64,000 nucleotides of DNA, from assembly GCA_964016885.1 (NCBI GenBank), contig OZ024742.1, forward strand, positions 349,742,001 through 349,806,000, read 5' to 3'. Each line of letters opens with the position of its first letter. The first letter of the stretch is position 1. Shown here piece after piece: positions 8,970 through 24,700 of the stretch. Source of the DNA: Eledone cirrhosa. Taxonomy: Eukaryota. The notes under the pieces are model-generated. The model searched no databases. It saw only the letters and a program-made list of their open reading frames with translations, and was not told where the DNA came from. Made by a program: the position numbers and the translations under genes.

Positions 8970-11900
8970 GAGACATTGAACAGAGAGACATTGAACAGAT
9001 AGACATTGAACAGAGAGACATTGAACAGAGAGACATTGAACAGAGAGACACTGACAAAGAGACACTGAACAGGAACACTAAACAGAGAGACATTGAACAG
9101 AGAGACATTGAACAGAGAGACATTGAACAGAGAGACATTGGAACAGAGAGACATTGAACAGAGGGACATTGAACAGAGAGACATAGAACAGAGGGACATT
9201 GAACAGAGGGACATTGAACAGAGAGACATTGAACAGAGAGACACTGAACAGAGAGACACTGAACAGAGAGACATTGAACAGAGAGACATTGAACAGAGAG
9301 ACATTGAACAGAGAGACACTGAACAGAGAGACATTGAACAGAGGGACATTGAACAGAGAGACATTGAACAGAGGGACATTGAACAGAGGGACATTGAACA
9401 GAGAGACATTGAACAGAGAGACACTGAACAGAGAGACACTGAACAGAGAGACATTGAACAGAGAGACATTGAACAGAGAGACACTGAACAGAGAGACACT
9501 GAACAGACAGACACTGAACAGAGAGAGATTAAACAGAGAGACACTGAACAGAGAGACATTGAACAGAGAGACAATGAACAGACAGACATTGAACAGAGAG
9601 ACATTGAACAGAGAGACATTGAACAGAGAGACACTGTACAGAGAGACATTGAACAGAGAGACATTGAACAGAGAGACATTGAACAGAGAGACATTAAACA
9701 GAGAGACATTGATCAGAGAGACAATGAACAGACAGACATTGAACAGAGATACATTGAACAGAGAGACACTGAACAGAGAGACATTGATCAGAGAGACATT
9801 GAACAGAGAGACATTGAACAGAGAGACATTGAACAGAGAGACACTGAACAGAGAGACATTGAACAGAGAGACATTGAACAGAGAGACATTGAACAGAGAG
9901 ACACTGAACAGAGAGACATTGAACAGAGAGACATCGAACAGAGAGATACTGAACAGAGAGACATTGAACAGAGAGACACTGAACAGAGAGACATTGAACA
10001 GAGAGACATCGAACAGAGAGATACTGAACAGAGAGACATTGAACAGAGAGACATTGAACAGAGAGACATTGAACAGAGAGACACTGAACAGAGAGACACT
10101 GTACAGATAGACATTGAACAGAGAGACATTGAACAGAGAGACACTGTACAGAGAGACATTGAACAGAGAGACATTGAACAGAGAGACAATGAACAGAGAG
10201 ACACTGAACAGAGAGACATTGAAAAGAGAGACATTGAACAGAGAGACATTGAACAGAGAGACACTGAACAGAGAGACACTGTACAGATAGACATTGAACA
10301 GAGAGACATTGAACAGAGAGACACTGTACAGAGAGACATTGAACAGAGAGACATTGAACAGAGAGACACTGAACAGAGAGACATTGAACAGAGAGACACT
10401 GAACAGAGAGACACTGAACAGAGAGACACTGTACAGAGAGACATTGAACAGAGAGACATTGAACAGAGAGACACTGAACAGAGAGACATTGAACAGAGAG
10501 ACACTGTACAGAGAGACATTGATTAGAGAGACATTGAACAGAGAGACACTGAACAGAGAGACATTGAACAGAGAGACATTGAACAGAGAGACATTGAACA
10601 GAGAGACATTGAACAGAGAGACACTGAACAGAGAAACACTGCACGGAGAGACATTGAACAGAGAGACATTGAACAGAGAGACACTGTACAGAGAGACATT
10701 GAACAGAGAGACATTGAACAGAGAGACACTGCACAGAGAGACATTGAACAGAGAGACACTGAACAGAGACACACTGAACAGCGAGACATTGAACAGAGAG
10801 ACACTGAACAGAGAGACATTGAACAGAGAGACATTGACCAGAGAGACACTGAACAGAGAGACACTGAACAGAGAAACACTGCACGGAGAGACATTGAACA
10901 AAGAGATATTGAACAGAGAGACAATGTACAGAGAGACATTGAACAGAGAGACATTGGACAGAGAGACACTGCACAGAGAGACATTGAACAGAGAGACACT
11001 GAACAGAGAGACACTGAACAGCGAGATATTGAACAGAGAGACACTGAACAGAGAGACATTGAACAGAGAGACATTGAACAGAGAGACACTGAACAGAGAG
11101 ACATTGAACAGAGAGACACTGCACAGAGAGACATTGAACAGAGAGACACTGACAGAGAGACACTGAACAGAGAGACATTGAACAGAGAGACATTGAACAG
11201 AGAGACACTGAACAGAGAGACATTGAACAGAGAGACATTGAACAGAGAGACACTGAACAGAGAGACATTGAACAGAGAGACATTGAACAGAGAGACACTG
11301 AACAGAGAGGCATTGAACAGAGAGACACTGAACAGAGAGACATTGAACAGAGAGACATTGAACAGAGAGACATTGAACAGAAAGACATTGAACAGAGAGA
11401 CATTTAACAGAGAGACATTGATCAGAGAGACACTGAACAGAGAGACACTGAACAGAGAGGCATTGAAAAGAGAGACACTGAACAGAGAGACACTGAACAG
11501 AGAGACACTGAACAGAGAGACATTGAACAGAGAGACACTGAACAGAGAGACATTGAACAGAGAGACATTAAAGAGAGAGACATTGAACAGAGAGACACTG
11601 AACAGAGAGACACTGAACAGAGAGACATTGAACAGAGAGACACTGAACAGAGAGACACTGAACAGGGAGACACTGTACAGAGAAACATTGAACAGAGAGA
11701 CATTGAACAGAGAGACACTGAACAGAGACCCACTGAACAGAGAGACATTGAAAAGAGAGACATTGAACAGAGAGACACTGAACAGAGAGACATTGAACAG
11801 GGAGACACTGTACTGAGAGACACTGAACAGACAGACACTGAACAGAGAGAGATTGAACAGAAAGACACTGAACAGAGAGACATTGAACAGAGAGACAATG

Positions 11901-14900
11901 AACAGACAGACATTGAACAGAGAGACATTGAACAGAGAGACATTGAACAGAGTGACATTAAACAGAGAGACATTGTTCAGAGAGACAATGAACAGACAGA
12001 CATTGAACAGAGAGACACTGAACAGAGAGACACTGAACAGAGAGACATTGAACAGAGAGACATTGAACAGAGAGACATTAAACAGAGAATCACTGAACAG
12101 AGAGACATTGAACAGAGAGACATTGAACAGAGAGACATTGAACAGAGAGATACTGAACAGAGAGACATTGAACAGAGAGACATTGAACAGAGAGACATTG
12201 AACAGAGAGACACTGAACAGAGAGACACTGAACAGAGAGACATTGAACAGAGAGACACTGAACAGAGAGACATTGAACAGAGAGACATTGAACAGAGAGA
12301 CATTGAACAGAGAGACACTGAACAGAGAGACATTGAACAGAGAGACATTGAACAGAGAGACATTGAACAGATAGACATTGAACAGAGAGACATTGAACAG
12401 AGAGACATTGAACAGAGAGACACTGACAAAGAGACACTGAACAGGAACACTAAACAGAGAGACATTGAACAGAGAGACATTGAACAGAGAGACATTGAAC
12501 AGAGAGACATTGGAACAGAGAGACATTGAACAGAGGGACATTGAACAGAGAGACATTGAACAGAGGGACATTGAACAGAGGGACATTGAACAGAGAGACA
12601 TTGAACAGAGAGACACTGAACAGAGAGACACTGAACAGAGAGACATTGAACAGAGAGACATTGAACAGAGAGACATTGAACAGAGAGACACTGAACAGAG
12701 AGACATTGAACAGAGGGACATTGAACAGAGAGACATTGAACAGAGGGACATTGAACAGAGGGACATTGAACAGAGAGACATTGAACAGAGAGACACTGAA
12801 CAGAGAGACACTGAACAGAGAGACATTGAACAGAGAGACATTGAACAGAGAGACACTGAACAGAGAGACACTGAACAGACAGACACTGAACAGAGAGAGA
12901 TTAAACAGAGAGACACTGAACAGAGAGACATTGAACAGAGAGACAATGAACAGACAGACATTGAACAGAGAGACATTGAACAGAGAGACATTGAACAGAG
13001 AGACACTGTACAGAGAGACATTGAACAGAGAGACATTGAACAGAGAGACATTGAACAGAGAGACATTAAACAGAGAGACATTGATCAGAGAGACAATGAA
13101 CAGACAGACATTGAACAGAGATACATTGAACAGAGAGACACTGAACAGAGAGACATTGATCAGAGAGACATTGAACAGAGAGACATTGAACAGAGAGACA
13201 TTGAACAGAGAGACACTGAACAGAGAGACATTGAACAGAGAGACATTGAACAGAGAGACATTGAACAGAGAGACACTGAACAGAGAGACATTGAACAGAG
13301 AGACATCGAACAGAGAGATACTGAACAGAGAGACATTGAACAGAGAGACACTGAACAGAGAGACATTGAACAGAGAGACATCGAACAGAGAGATACTGAA
13401 CAGAGAGACATTGAACAGAGAGACATTGAACAGAGAGACATTGAACAGAGAGACACTGAACAGAGAGACACTGTACAGATAGACATTGAACAGAGAGACA
13501 TTGAACAGAGAGACACTGTACAGAGAGACATTGAACAGAGAGACATTGAACAGAGAGACAATGAACAGAGAGACACTGAACAGAGAGACATTGAACAGAG
13601 AGACATTGAACAGAGAGACATTGAACAGAGAGACACTGAACAGAGAGACACTGTACAGATAGACATTGAACAGAGAGACATTGAACAGAGAGACACTGTA
13701 CAGAGAGACATTGAACAGAGAGACATTGAACAGAGAGACACTGAACAGAGAGACATTGAACAGAGAGACACTGAACAGAGAGACACTGAACAGAGAGACA
13801 CTGTACAGAGAGACATTGAACAGAGAGACATTGAACAGAGAGACACTGAACAGAGAGACATTGAACAGAGAGACACTGTACAGAGAGACATTGATTAGAG
13901 AGACATTGAACAGAGAGACACTGAACAGAGAGACATTGAACAGAGAGACATTGAACAGAGAGACATTGAACAGAGAGACATTGAACAGAGAGACACTGAA
14001 CAGAGAAACACTGCACGGAGAGACATTGAACAGAGAGACATTGAACAGAGAGACACTGTACAGAGAGACATTGAACAGAGAGACATTGAACAGAGAGACA
14101 CTGCACAGAGAGACATTGAACAGAGAAACACTGAACAGAGACACACTGAACAGCGAGACATTGAACAGAGAGACACTGAACAGAGAGACATTGAACAGAG
14201 AGACATTGACCAGAGAGACACTGAACAGAGAGACACTGAACAGAAAAACACTGCACGGAGAGACATTGAACAAAGAGATATTGAACAGAGAGACAATGTA
14301 CAGAGAGACATTGAACAGAGAGACATTGGACAGAGAGACACTGCACAGAGAGACATTGAACAGAGAGACACTGAACAGAGAGACACTGAACAGCGAGATA
14401 TTGAACAGAGAGACACTGAACAGAGAGACATTGAACAGAGAGACATTGAACAGAGAGACACTGAACAGAGAGACATTGAACAGAGAGACACTGCACAGAG
14501 AGACATTGAACAGAGAGACACTGACAGAGAGACACTGAACAGAGAGACATTGAACAGAGAGACATTGAACAGAGAGACACTGAACAGAGAGACATTGAAC
14601 AGAGAGACATTGAACAGAGAGACACTGAACAGAGAGACATTGAACAGAGAGACATTGAACAGAGAGACACTGAACAGAGAGGCATTGAACAGAGAGACAC
14701 TGAACAGAGAGACATTGAACAGAGAGACATTGAACAGAGAGACATTGAACAGAAAGACATTGAACAGAGAGACATTTAACAGAGAGACATTGATCAGAGA
14801 GACACTGAACAGAGAGACACTGAACAGAGAGGCATTGAAAAAAGAGACACTGAACAGAGAGACACTGAACAGAGAGACACTGAACAGAGAGACATTGAAC

Positions 14901-15750
14901 AGAGAGACACTGAACAGAGAGACATTGAACAGAGAGACATTAAAGAGAGAGACATTGAACAGAGAGACACTGAACAGAGAGACACTGAACAGAGAGACAT
15001 TGAACAGAGAGACACTGAACAGAGAGACACTGAACAGGGAGACACTGTACAGAGAAACATTGAACAGAGAGACATTGAACAGAGAGACACTGAACAGAGA
15101 CCCACTGAACAGAGAGACATTGCAAGGAGAGACATTGAACAGAGAGACATTGAAAAGAGAGACATTGAACAGAGAGACACTGAACAGAGAGACATTGAAC
15201 AGGGAGACACTGTACTGAGAGACACTGAACAGACAGACACTGAACAGAGAGAGATTGAACAGAAAGACACTGAACAGAGAGACATTGAACAGAGAGACAA
15301 TGAACAGACAGACATTGAACAGAGAGACATTGAACAGAGAGACATTGAACAGAGTGACATTAAACAGAGAGACATTGTTCAGAGAGACAATGAACAGACA
15401 GACATTGAACAGAGAGACACTGAACAGAGAGACACTGAACAGAGAGACATTGAACAGAGAGACATTGAACAGAGAGACATTAAACAGAGAATCACTGAAC
15501 AGAGAGACATTGAACAGAGAGACATTGAACAGAGAGACATTGAACAGAGAGATACTGAACAGAGAGACATTGAACAGAGAGACATTGAACAGAGAGACAT
15601 TGAACAGAGAGACACTGAACAGAGAGACACTGAACAGAGAGACATTGAACAGAGAGACACTGAACAGAGAGACATTGAACAGAGAGACATTGAACAGAGA
15701 GACATTGAACAGAGAGACACTGAACAGAGAGACATTGAACAGAGAGACAT
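8970..15750. repeat. Tandem higher-order duplication, ~3.37-3.40 kb x2
   Basis: Rare marker ctgacaaagagacactgaacaggaacactaaac at ~9051 and ~12423. ORF pairs 9093/12465, 10294/13666 and 11178/14550 are offset 3372; 11853/15255 is offset 3402. Boundaries approximate. Confidence 0.9.
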
Positions 15751-18700
15751 TGAACAGAGAGACATTGAACAGAGAGACACTGAACAGAGAGACATTGAAC
15801 AGAGAGACACTGAACAGAGAGACATTGAACAGAGAGACACTGAACAGAGAGACATTGAACAGAGAGACACTGAACAGAGAGACACTGAACAGAGAGACAT
15901 TGAACAGTGAGACATTGAACAGAGAGACATTGAACAGAGAGACACTGAATTGAGAGACATTGAACAGAGAGACATTGAACAGAGAGACACTGAACAGAGA
16001 GACACTGAACAGAGAGACACTGAACAGAGAGACATTGAACAGAGAGACATTGAACAGAGAGACATTGAACAGAGAGACACTGAACAGAGAGATATTGAAC
16101 AGAGAGACATTGAACAGAGAGACATTGAACAGAGAGACACTGAACAGAGAGATATTGAACAGAGAGACATTGAACAGTGAGACATTGAACAGAGAGACAT
16201 TGAACAGAGAGACACTGAATTGAGAGACATTGAACAGAGAGACATTGAACAGAGAGACACTGAACAGAGAGACACTGAACAGAGAGACACTGAACAGAGA
16301 GACATTGAACAGAGAGACATTGACCAGAGAGACATTGAACAGAGAGACACTGAACAGAGAGACATTGAACAGAGAGACATTGCACAGAGAGCCATTGAAC
16401 AGAGAGACATTGAACAGAGAGACATTGAACAGAGAGACACTGAACAGAGATACATTGAACAGTGAGACACTGTACATAGAGACATTGAACAGAGAGACAC
16501 TGAATAGAGAGACATGAACAGAGAGACATTGAACAGAGAGACACTGAACAGAGAGACACTGAACAGAGAGACATTGAACAGAGAGACATTGGACAGAGAG
16601 ACACTGAACAGAGAGACATTGAACAGAGAGACACTGAACAGAGAGACACTGAACAGAGAGACATTGAACAGACAGACATTGAACAGAGAGGCACTGAACA
16701 GAGAGACACTGAACAGAGAGACACTGAACAGTGGGACACTGAACAGAGAGACACTGAACAGAGAGACACTGAACAGAGAGACACTGAACAGAGAGACATT
16801 GAACAGAAAGACACTGAACAGAGAGACATTGAACAGTGAGACACTGTACAGAGAGACATTGAACAGAGAGACACTGAATTGAGAGACATTGATCAGAGAG
16901 ACATTGAACAGAGAGACACTGAACAGAGAGACACTGAACAGAGAGACACTGAACAGAGAGACATTGAACAGAGAGACATTGAACAGAGAGACATTGAACA
17001 GAGAGACACTGAACAGAGAGACATTGAACAGAGAGACATTGCACAGAGAGACATTGAACAGAGAGACATTGAACAGAGAGACACTGAACAGAGAGACATT
17101 GAACAGAGAGACATTGAACAGAAAGACACTGAACAGAGATACATTGAACAGTGAGACACTGTACAGAGAGACATTGAACAGAGAGACACTGAATAGAGAG
17201 ACATGAACAGAGAGACATTGAACAGAGAGACACTGAACAGAGAGACACTGAACAGAGAGACATTGAACAGAGAGACATTGAACAGAGAGACACTGAACAG
17301 AGAGACATTGAACAGAGAGACACTGAACAGAGAGACACTGAACAGAGAGACACTGAACAGAGAGACATTGAACAGACAGACATTGAACAGAGAGACACTG
17401 AACAGAGAGACACTGAACAGAGAGACACTGACAGAGGGACACTGAACAGAGAGACACTGAACAGAGAGACACTGAACAGAGAGACACTGAACAGAGAGAC
17501 ATTGAACAGAGAGACACTGAACAGAGAGACACTGAACAGAGAGACACTGAACAGAGGGACACTGAACAGAGAGACATTGAACAGAGAGACACTGAACAGA
17601 GAGACATTGAACAGAGAGAAACTGAACAGAGAGACATTGAACAGAGAGACACTGAACAGAGAGACATTGAACAGAGAGACACTGAACAGAGAGATACTGA
17701 ACAGAGAGACATTGAACAGAGAGACACTGAACAGAGAGACATTGAACAGAGAGACACTGAACAGAGAGACACTGAACAGAGAGACACTGAACAGAGAGAC
17801 GTTGAACAGAGAGACAATGAACAGACAGACATTGAACAGAGAGACATTGAACAGAGAGACATTGAACAGAGAGACACTTTACAGAGAGACAGTGAACAGG
17901 GAGACATTGAACAGAGAGACATTGAACAGAGTGACATTAAACAGAGAGACATTGATCAGAGAGACAATGAACAGACAGACATTGAACAGAGAGACACTGA
18001 ACAGAGAGACATTGAACAGAGAGACATTGAACAGAGAGACATTGAACAGAGAGACATTAAACAGAGAATCACTGAACAGAGAGACATTGAACAGAGAGAC
18101 ATTGAACAGAGAGACATTGAACAGAGAGACATTGAACAGAGAGACACTGAACAGAGAGACATTGAACAGAGAGACATTGAACAGAGAGACATTGAACAGA
18201 GAGACACTGAACAGAGAGACATTGAACAGAGAGACACTGAACAGAGAGACATTGAACAGAGAGACACTGAACAGAGAGACATTGAACAGAGAGACACTGA
18301 ACAGAGAGACACTGAACAGAGAGACATTGAACAGTGAGACATTGAACAGAGAGACATTGAACAGAGAGACACTGAATTGAGAGACATTGAACAGAGAGAC
18401 ATTGAACAGAGAGACACTGAACAGAGAGACACTGACAGGGAGACACTGAACAGAGAGACATTGAACAGAGAGACATTGAACAGAGAGACACTGAACAGAG
18501 AGACATTGAACAGAGAGACATTGCACAGAGAGACATTGAACAGAGAGACATTGAACAGAGAGACACTGAACAGAGAGACATTTAACAGAGAGACATTGAA
18601 CAGAGAGACACTGAATTGAGAGACACTGAACAGAGAGACATTGAACAGAGAGACACTGAACAGAGAGACATTGAACAGAGAGACACTGAACAGAGAGACA

Positions 18701-21700
18701 TTGAACAGAGAGACACTGAACAGAGAGACACTGAACAGAGAGACATTGAACAGTGAGACATTGAACAGAGAGACATTGAACAGAGAGACACTGAATTGAG
18801 AGACATTGAACAGAGAGACATTGAACAGAGAGACACTGAACAGAGAGACACTGAACAGAGAGACACTGAACAGAGAGACATTGAACAGAGAGACATTGAC
18901 CAGAGAGACATTGAACAGAGAGACACTGAACAGAGAGACATTGAACAGAGAGACATTGAACAGAGAGACATTGAACAGAGAGACACTGAACAGAGAGACA
19001 TTGAACAGAGAGACACTGAACAGAGAGACATTGAACAGAGAGACACTGAACAGAGAGACATTGAACAGAGAGACACTGAACAGAGAGACATTGACAGAGA
19101 GACACTGAACAGAGAGACATTGAACAGAGAGACACTGAACAGAGAGACACTGAACAGAGAGACACTGAACAGAGAGACATTGAACAGAGAGACATTGAAC
19201 AGAGAGACATTGAACAGAGAGACACTGAACAGAGAGACATTGAACAGAGAGACATTGAACAGAGAGACATTGAACAGAGAGACACTGAACAGAGAGACAT
19301 TGAACAGAGAGACACTGAACAGAGAGACATTGAACAGAGAGACACTGAACAGAGAGACATTGAACAGAGAGACACTGAACAGAGAGACACTGAACAGAGA
19401 GACATTGAACAGTGAGACATTGAACAGAGAGACATTGAACAGAGAGACACTGAATTGAGAGACATTGAACAGAGAGACATTGAACAGAGAGACACTGAAC
19501 AGAGAGACACTGAACAGAGAGACACTGAACAGAGAGACATTGAACAGAGAGACATTGACCAGAGAGACATTGAACAGAGAGACACTGAACAGAGAGACAT
19601 TGAACAGAGAGACATTGCACAGAGAGCCATTGAACAGAGAGACATTGAACAGAGAGACATTGAACAGAGAGACACTGAACAGAGATACATTGAACAGTGA
19701 GACACTGTACAGAGAGACATTGAACAGAGAGACACTGAATAGAGAGACATGAACAGAGAGACATTGAACAGAGAGACACTGAACAGAGAGACACTGAACA
19801 GAGAGACATTGAACAGAGAGACATTGGACAGAGAGACACTGAACAGAGAGACATTGAACAGAGAGACACTGAACAGAGAGACACTGAACAGAGAGACATT
19901 GAACAGACAGACATTGAACAGAGAGGCACTGAACAGAGAGACACTGAACAGAGAGACACTGAACAGTGGGACACTGAACAGAGAGACACTGAACAGAGAG
20001 ACACTGAACAGAGAGACACTGAACAGAGAGACATTGAACAGAAAGACACTGAACAGAGAGACATTGAACAGTGAGACACTGTACAGAGAGACATTGAACA
20101 GAGAGACACTGAATTGAGAGACATTGATCAGAGAGACATTGAACAGAGAGACACTGAACAGAGAGACACTGAACAGAGAGACACTGAACAGAGAGACATT
20201 GAACAGAGAGACATTGAACAGAGAGACATTGAACAGAGAGACACTGAACAGAGAGACATTGAACAGAGAGACATTGCACAGAGAGACATTGAACAGAGAG
20301 ACATTGAACAGAGAGACACTGAACAGAGAGACATTGAACAGAGAGACATTGAACAGAAAGACACTGAACAGAGATACATTGAACAGTGAGACACTGTACA
20401 GAGAGACATTGAACAGAGAGACACTGAATAGAGAGACATGAACAGAGAGACATTGAACAGAGAGACACTGAACAGAGAGACACTGAACAGAGAGACATTG
20501 AACAGAGACATTGAACAGAGAGACACTGAACAGAGAGACATTGAACAGAGAGACACTGAACAGAGAGACACTGAACAGAGAGACACTGAACAGAGAGACA
20601 TTGAACAGACAGACATTGAACAGAGAGACACTGAACAGAGAGACACTGAACAGAGAGACACTGACAGAGGGACACTGAACAGAGAGACACTGAACAGAGA
20701 GACACTGAACAGAGAGACACTGAACAGAGAGACATTGAACAGAGAGACACTGAACAGAGAGACACTGAACAGAGAGACACTGAACAGAGGGACACTGAAC
20801 AGAGAGACATTGAACAGAGAGACACTGAACAGAGAGACATTGAATAGAGAGAAACTGAACAGAGAGACATTGAACAGAGAGACACTGAACAGAGAGACAT
20901 TGAACAGAGAGACACTGAACAGAGAGATACTGAACAGAGAGACATTGAACAGAGAGACACTGAACAGAGAGACATTGAACAGAGAGACACTGAACAGAGA
21001 GACACTGAACAGAGAGACACTGAACAGAGAGACGTTGAACAGAGAGACAATGAACAGACAGACATTGAACAGAGAGACATTGAACAGAGAGACATTGAAC
21101 AGAGAGACACTTTACAGAGAGACAGTGAACAGGGAGACATTGAACAGAGAGACATTGAACAGAGTGACATTAAACAGAGAGACATTGAACAGAGAGACAT
21201 TGAACAGAGAGACACTGAACAGAGACCCACTGAACAGAGAGACATTGAAAAGAGAGACATTGAACAGAGAGACACTGAACAGAGAGACATTGAACAGGGA
21301 GACACTGTACTGAGAGACACTGAACAGACAGACACTGAACAGAGAGAGATTGAACAGAAAGACACTGAACAGAGAGACATTGAACAGAGAGACAATGAAC
21401 AGACAGACATTGAACAGAGAGACATTGAACAGAGAGACATTGAACAGAGTGACATTAAACAGAGAGACATTGTTCAGAGAGACAATGAACAGACAGACAT
21501 TGAACAGAGAGACACTGAACAGAGAGACACTGAACAGAGAGACATTGAACAGAGAGACATTGAACAGAGAGACATTAAACAGAGAATCACTGAACAGAGA
21601 GACATTGAACAGAGAGACATTGAACAGAGAGACATTGAACAGAGAGATACTGAACAGAGAGACATTGAACAGAGAGACATTGAACAGAGAGACATTGAAC

Positions 21701-24700
21701 AGAGAGACACTGAACAGAGAGACACTGAACAGAGAGACATTGAACAGAGAGACACTGAACAGAGAGACATTGAACAGAGAGACATTGAACAGAGAGACAT
21801 TGAACAGAGAGACACTGAACAGAGAGACATTGAACAGAGAGACATTGAACAGAGAGACATTGAACAGATAGACATTGAACAGAGAGACATTGAACAGAGA
21901 GACATTGAACAGAGAGACACTGACAAAGAGACACTGAACAGGAACACTAAACAGAGAGACATTGAACAGAGAGACATTGAACAGAGAGACATTGAACAGA
22001 GAGACATTGGAACAGAGAGACATTGAACAGAGGGACATTGAACAGAGAGACATTGAACAGAGGGACATTGAACAGAGGGACATTGAACAGAGAGACATTG
22101 AACAGAGAGACACTGAACAGAGAGACACTGAACAGAGAGACATTGAACAGAGAGACATTGAACAGAGAGACATTGAACAGAGAGACACTGAACAGAGAGA
22201 CATTGAACAGAGGGACATTGAACAGAGAGACATTGAACAGAGGGACATTGAACAGAGGGACATTGAACAGAGAGACATTGAACAGAGAGACACTGAACAG
22301 AGAGACACTGAACAGAGAGACATTGAACAGAGAGACATTGAACAGAGAGACACTGAACAGAGAGACACTGAACAGACAGACACTGAACAGAGAGAGATTA
22401 AACAGAGAGACACTGAACAGAGAGACATTGAACAGAGAGACAATGAACAGACAGACATTGAACAGAGAGACATTGAACAGAGAGACATTGAACAGAGAGA
22501 CACTGTACAGAGAGACATTGAACAGAGAGACATTGAACAGAGAGACATTGAACAGAGAGACATTAAACAGAGAGACATTGATCAGAGAGACAATGAACAG
22601 ACAGACATTGAACAGAGATACATTGAACAGAGAGACACTGAACAGAGAGACATTGATCAGAGAGACATTGAACAGAGAGACATTGAACAGAGAGACATTG
22701 AACAGAGAGACACTGAACAGAGAGACATTGAACAGAGAGACATTGAACAGAGAGACATTGAACAGAGAGACACTGAACAGAGAGACATTGAACAGAGAGA
22801 CATCGAACAGAGAGATACTGAACAGAGAGACATTGAACAGAGAGACACTGAACAGAGAGACATTGAACAGAGAGACATCGAACAGAGAGATACTGAACAG
22901 AGAGACATTGAACAGAGAGACATTGAACAGAGAGACATTGAACAGAGAGACACTGAACAGAGAGACACTGTACAGATAGACATTGAACAGAGAGACATTG
23001 AACAGAGAGACACTGTACAGAGAGACATTGAACAGAGAGACATTGAACAGAGAGACAATGAACAGAGAGACACTGAACAGAGAGACATTGAACAGAGAGA
23101 CATTGAACAGAGAGACATTGAACAGAGAGACACTGAACAGAGAGACACTGTACAGATAGACATTGAACAGAGAGACATTGAACAGAGAGACACTGTACAG
23201 AGAGACATTGAACAGAGAGACATTGAACAGAGAGACACTGAACAGAGAGACATTGAACAGAGAGACACTGAACAGAGAGACACTGAACAGAGAGACACTG
23301 TACAGAGAGACATTGAACAGAGAGACATTGAACAGAGAGACACTGAACAGAGAGACATTGAACAGAGAGACACTGTACAGAGAGACATTGATTAGAGAGA
23401 CATTGAACAGAGAGACACTGAACAGAGAGACATTGAACAGAGAGACATTGAACAGAGAGACATTGAACAGAGAGACATTGAACAGAGAGACACTGAACAG
23501 AGAAACACTGCACGGAGAGACATTGAACAGAGAGACATTGAACAGAGAGACACTGTACAGAGAGACATTGAACAGAGAGACATTGAACAGAGAGACACTG
23601 CACAGAGAGACATTGAACAGAGAGACACTGAACAGAGACACACTGAACAGCGAGACATTGAACAGAGAGACACTGAACAGAGAGACATTGAACAGAGAGA
23701 CATTGACCAGAGAGACACTGAACAGAGAGACACTGAACAGAAAAACACTGCACGGAGAGACATTGAACAAAGAGATATTGAACAGAGAGACAATGTACAG
23801 AGAGACATTGAACAGAGAGACATTGGACAGAGAGACACTGCACAGAGAGACATTGAACAGAGAGACACTGAACAGAGAGACACTGAACAGCGAGATATTG
23901 AACAGAGAGACACTGAACAGAGAGACATTGAACAGAGAGACATTGAACAGAGAGACACTGAACAGAGAGACATTGAACAGAGAGACACTGCACAGAGAGA
24001 CATTGAACAGAGAGACACTGACAGAGAGACACTGAACAGAGAGACATTGAACAGAGAGACATTGAACAGAGAGACACTGAACAGAGAGACATTGAACAGA
24101 GAGACATTGAACAGAGAGACACTGAACAGAGAGACATTGAACAGAGAGACATTGAACAGAGAGACACTGAACAGAGAGGCATTGAACAGAGAGACACTGA
24201 ACAGAGAGACATTGAACAGAGAGACATTGAACAGAGAGACATTGAACAGAAAGACATTGAACAGAGAGACATTTAACAGAGAGACATTGATCAGAGAGAC
24301 ACTGAACAGAGAGACACTGAACAGAGAGGCATTGAAAAAAGAGACACTGAACAGAGAGACACTGAACAGAGAGACACTGAACAGAGAGACATTGAACAGA
24401 GAGACACTGAACAGAGAGACATTGAACAGAGAGACATTAAAGAGAGAGACATTGAACAGAGAGACACTGAACAGAGAGACACTGAACAGAGAGACATTGA
24501 ACAGAGAGACACTGAACAGAGAGACACTGAACAGGGAGACACTGTACAGAGAAACATTGAACAGAGAGACATTGAACAGAGAGACACTGAACAGAGACCC
24601 ACTGAACAGAGAGACATTGCAAGGAGAGACATTGAACAGAGAGACATTGAAAAGAGAGACATTGAACAGAGAGACACTGAACAGAGAGACATTGAACAGG

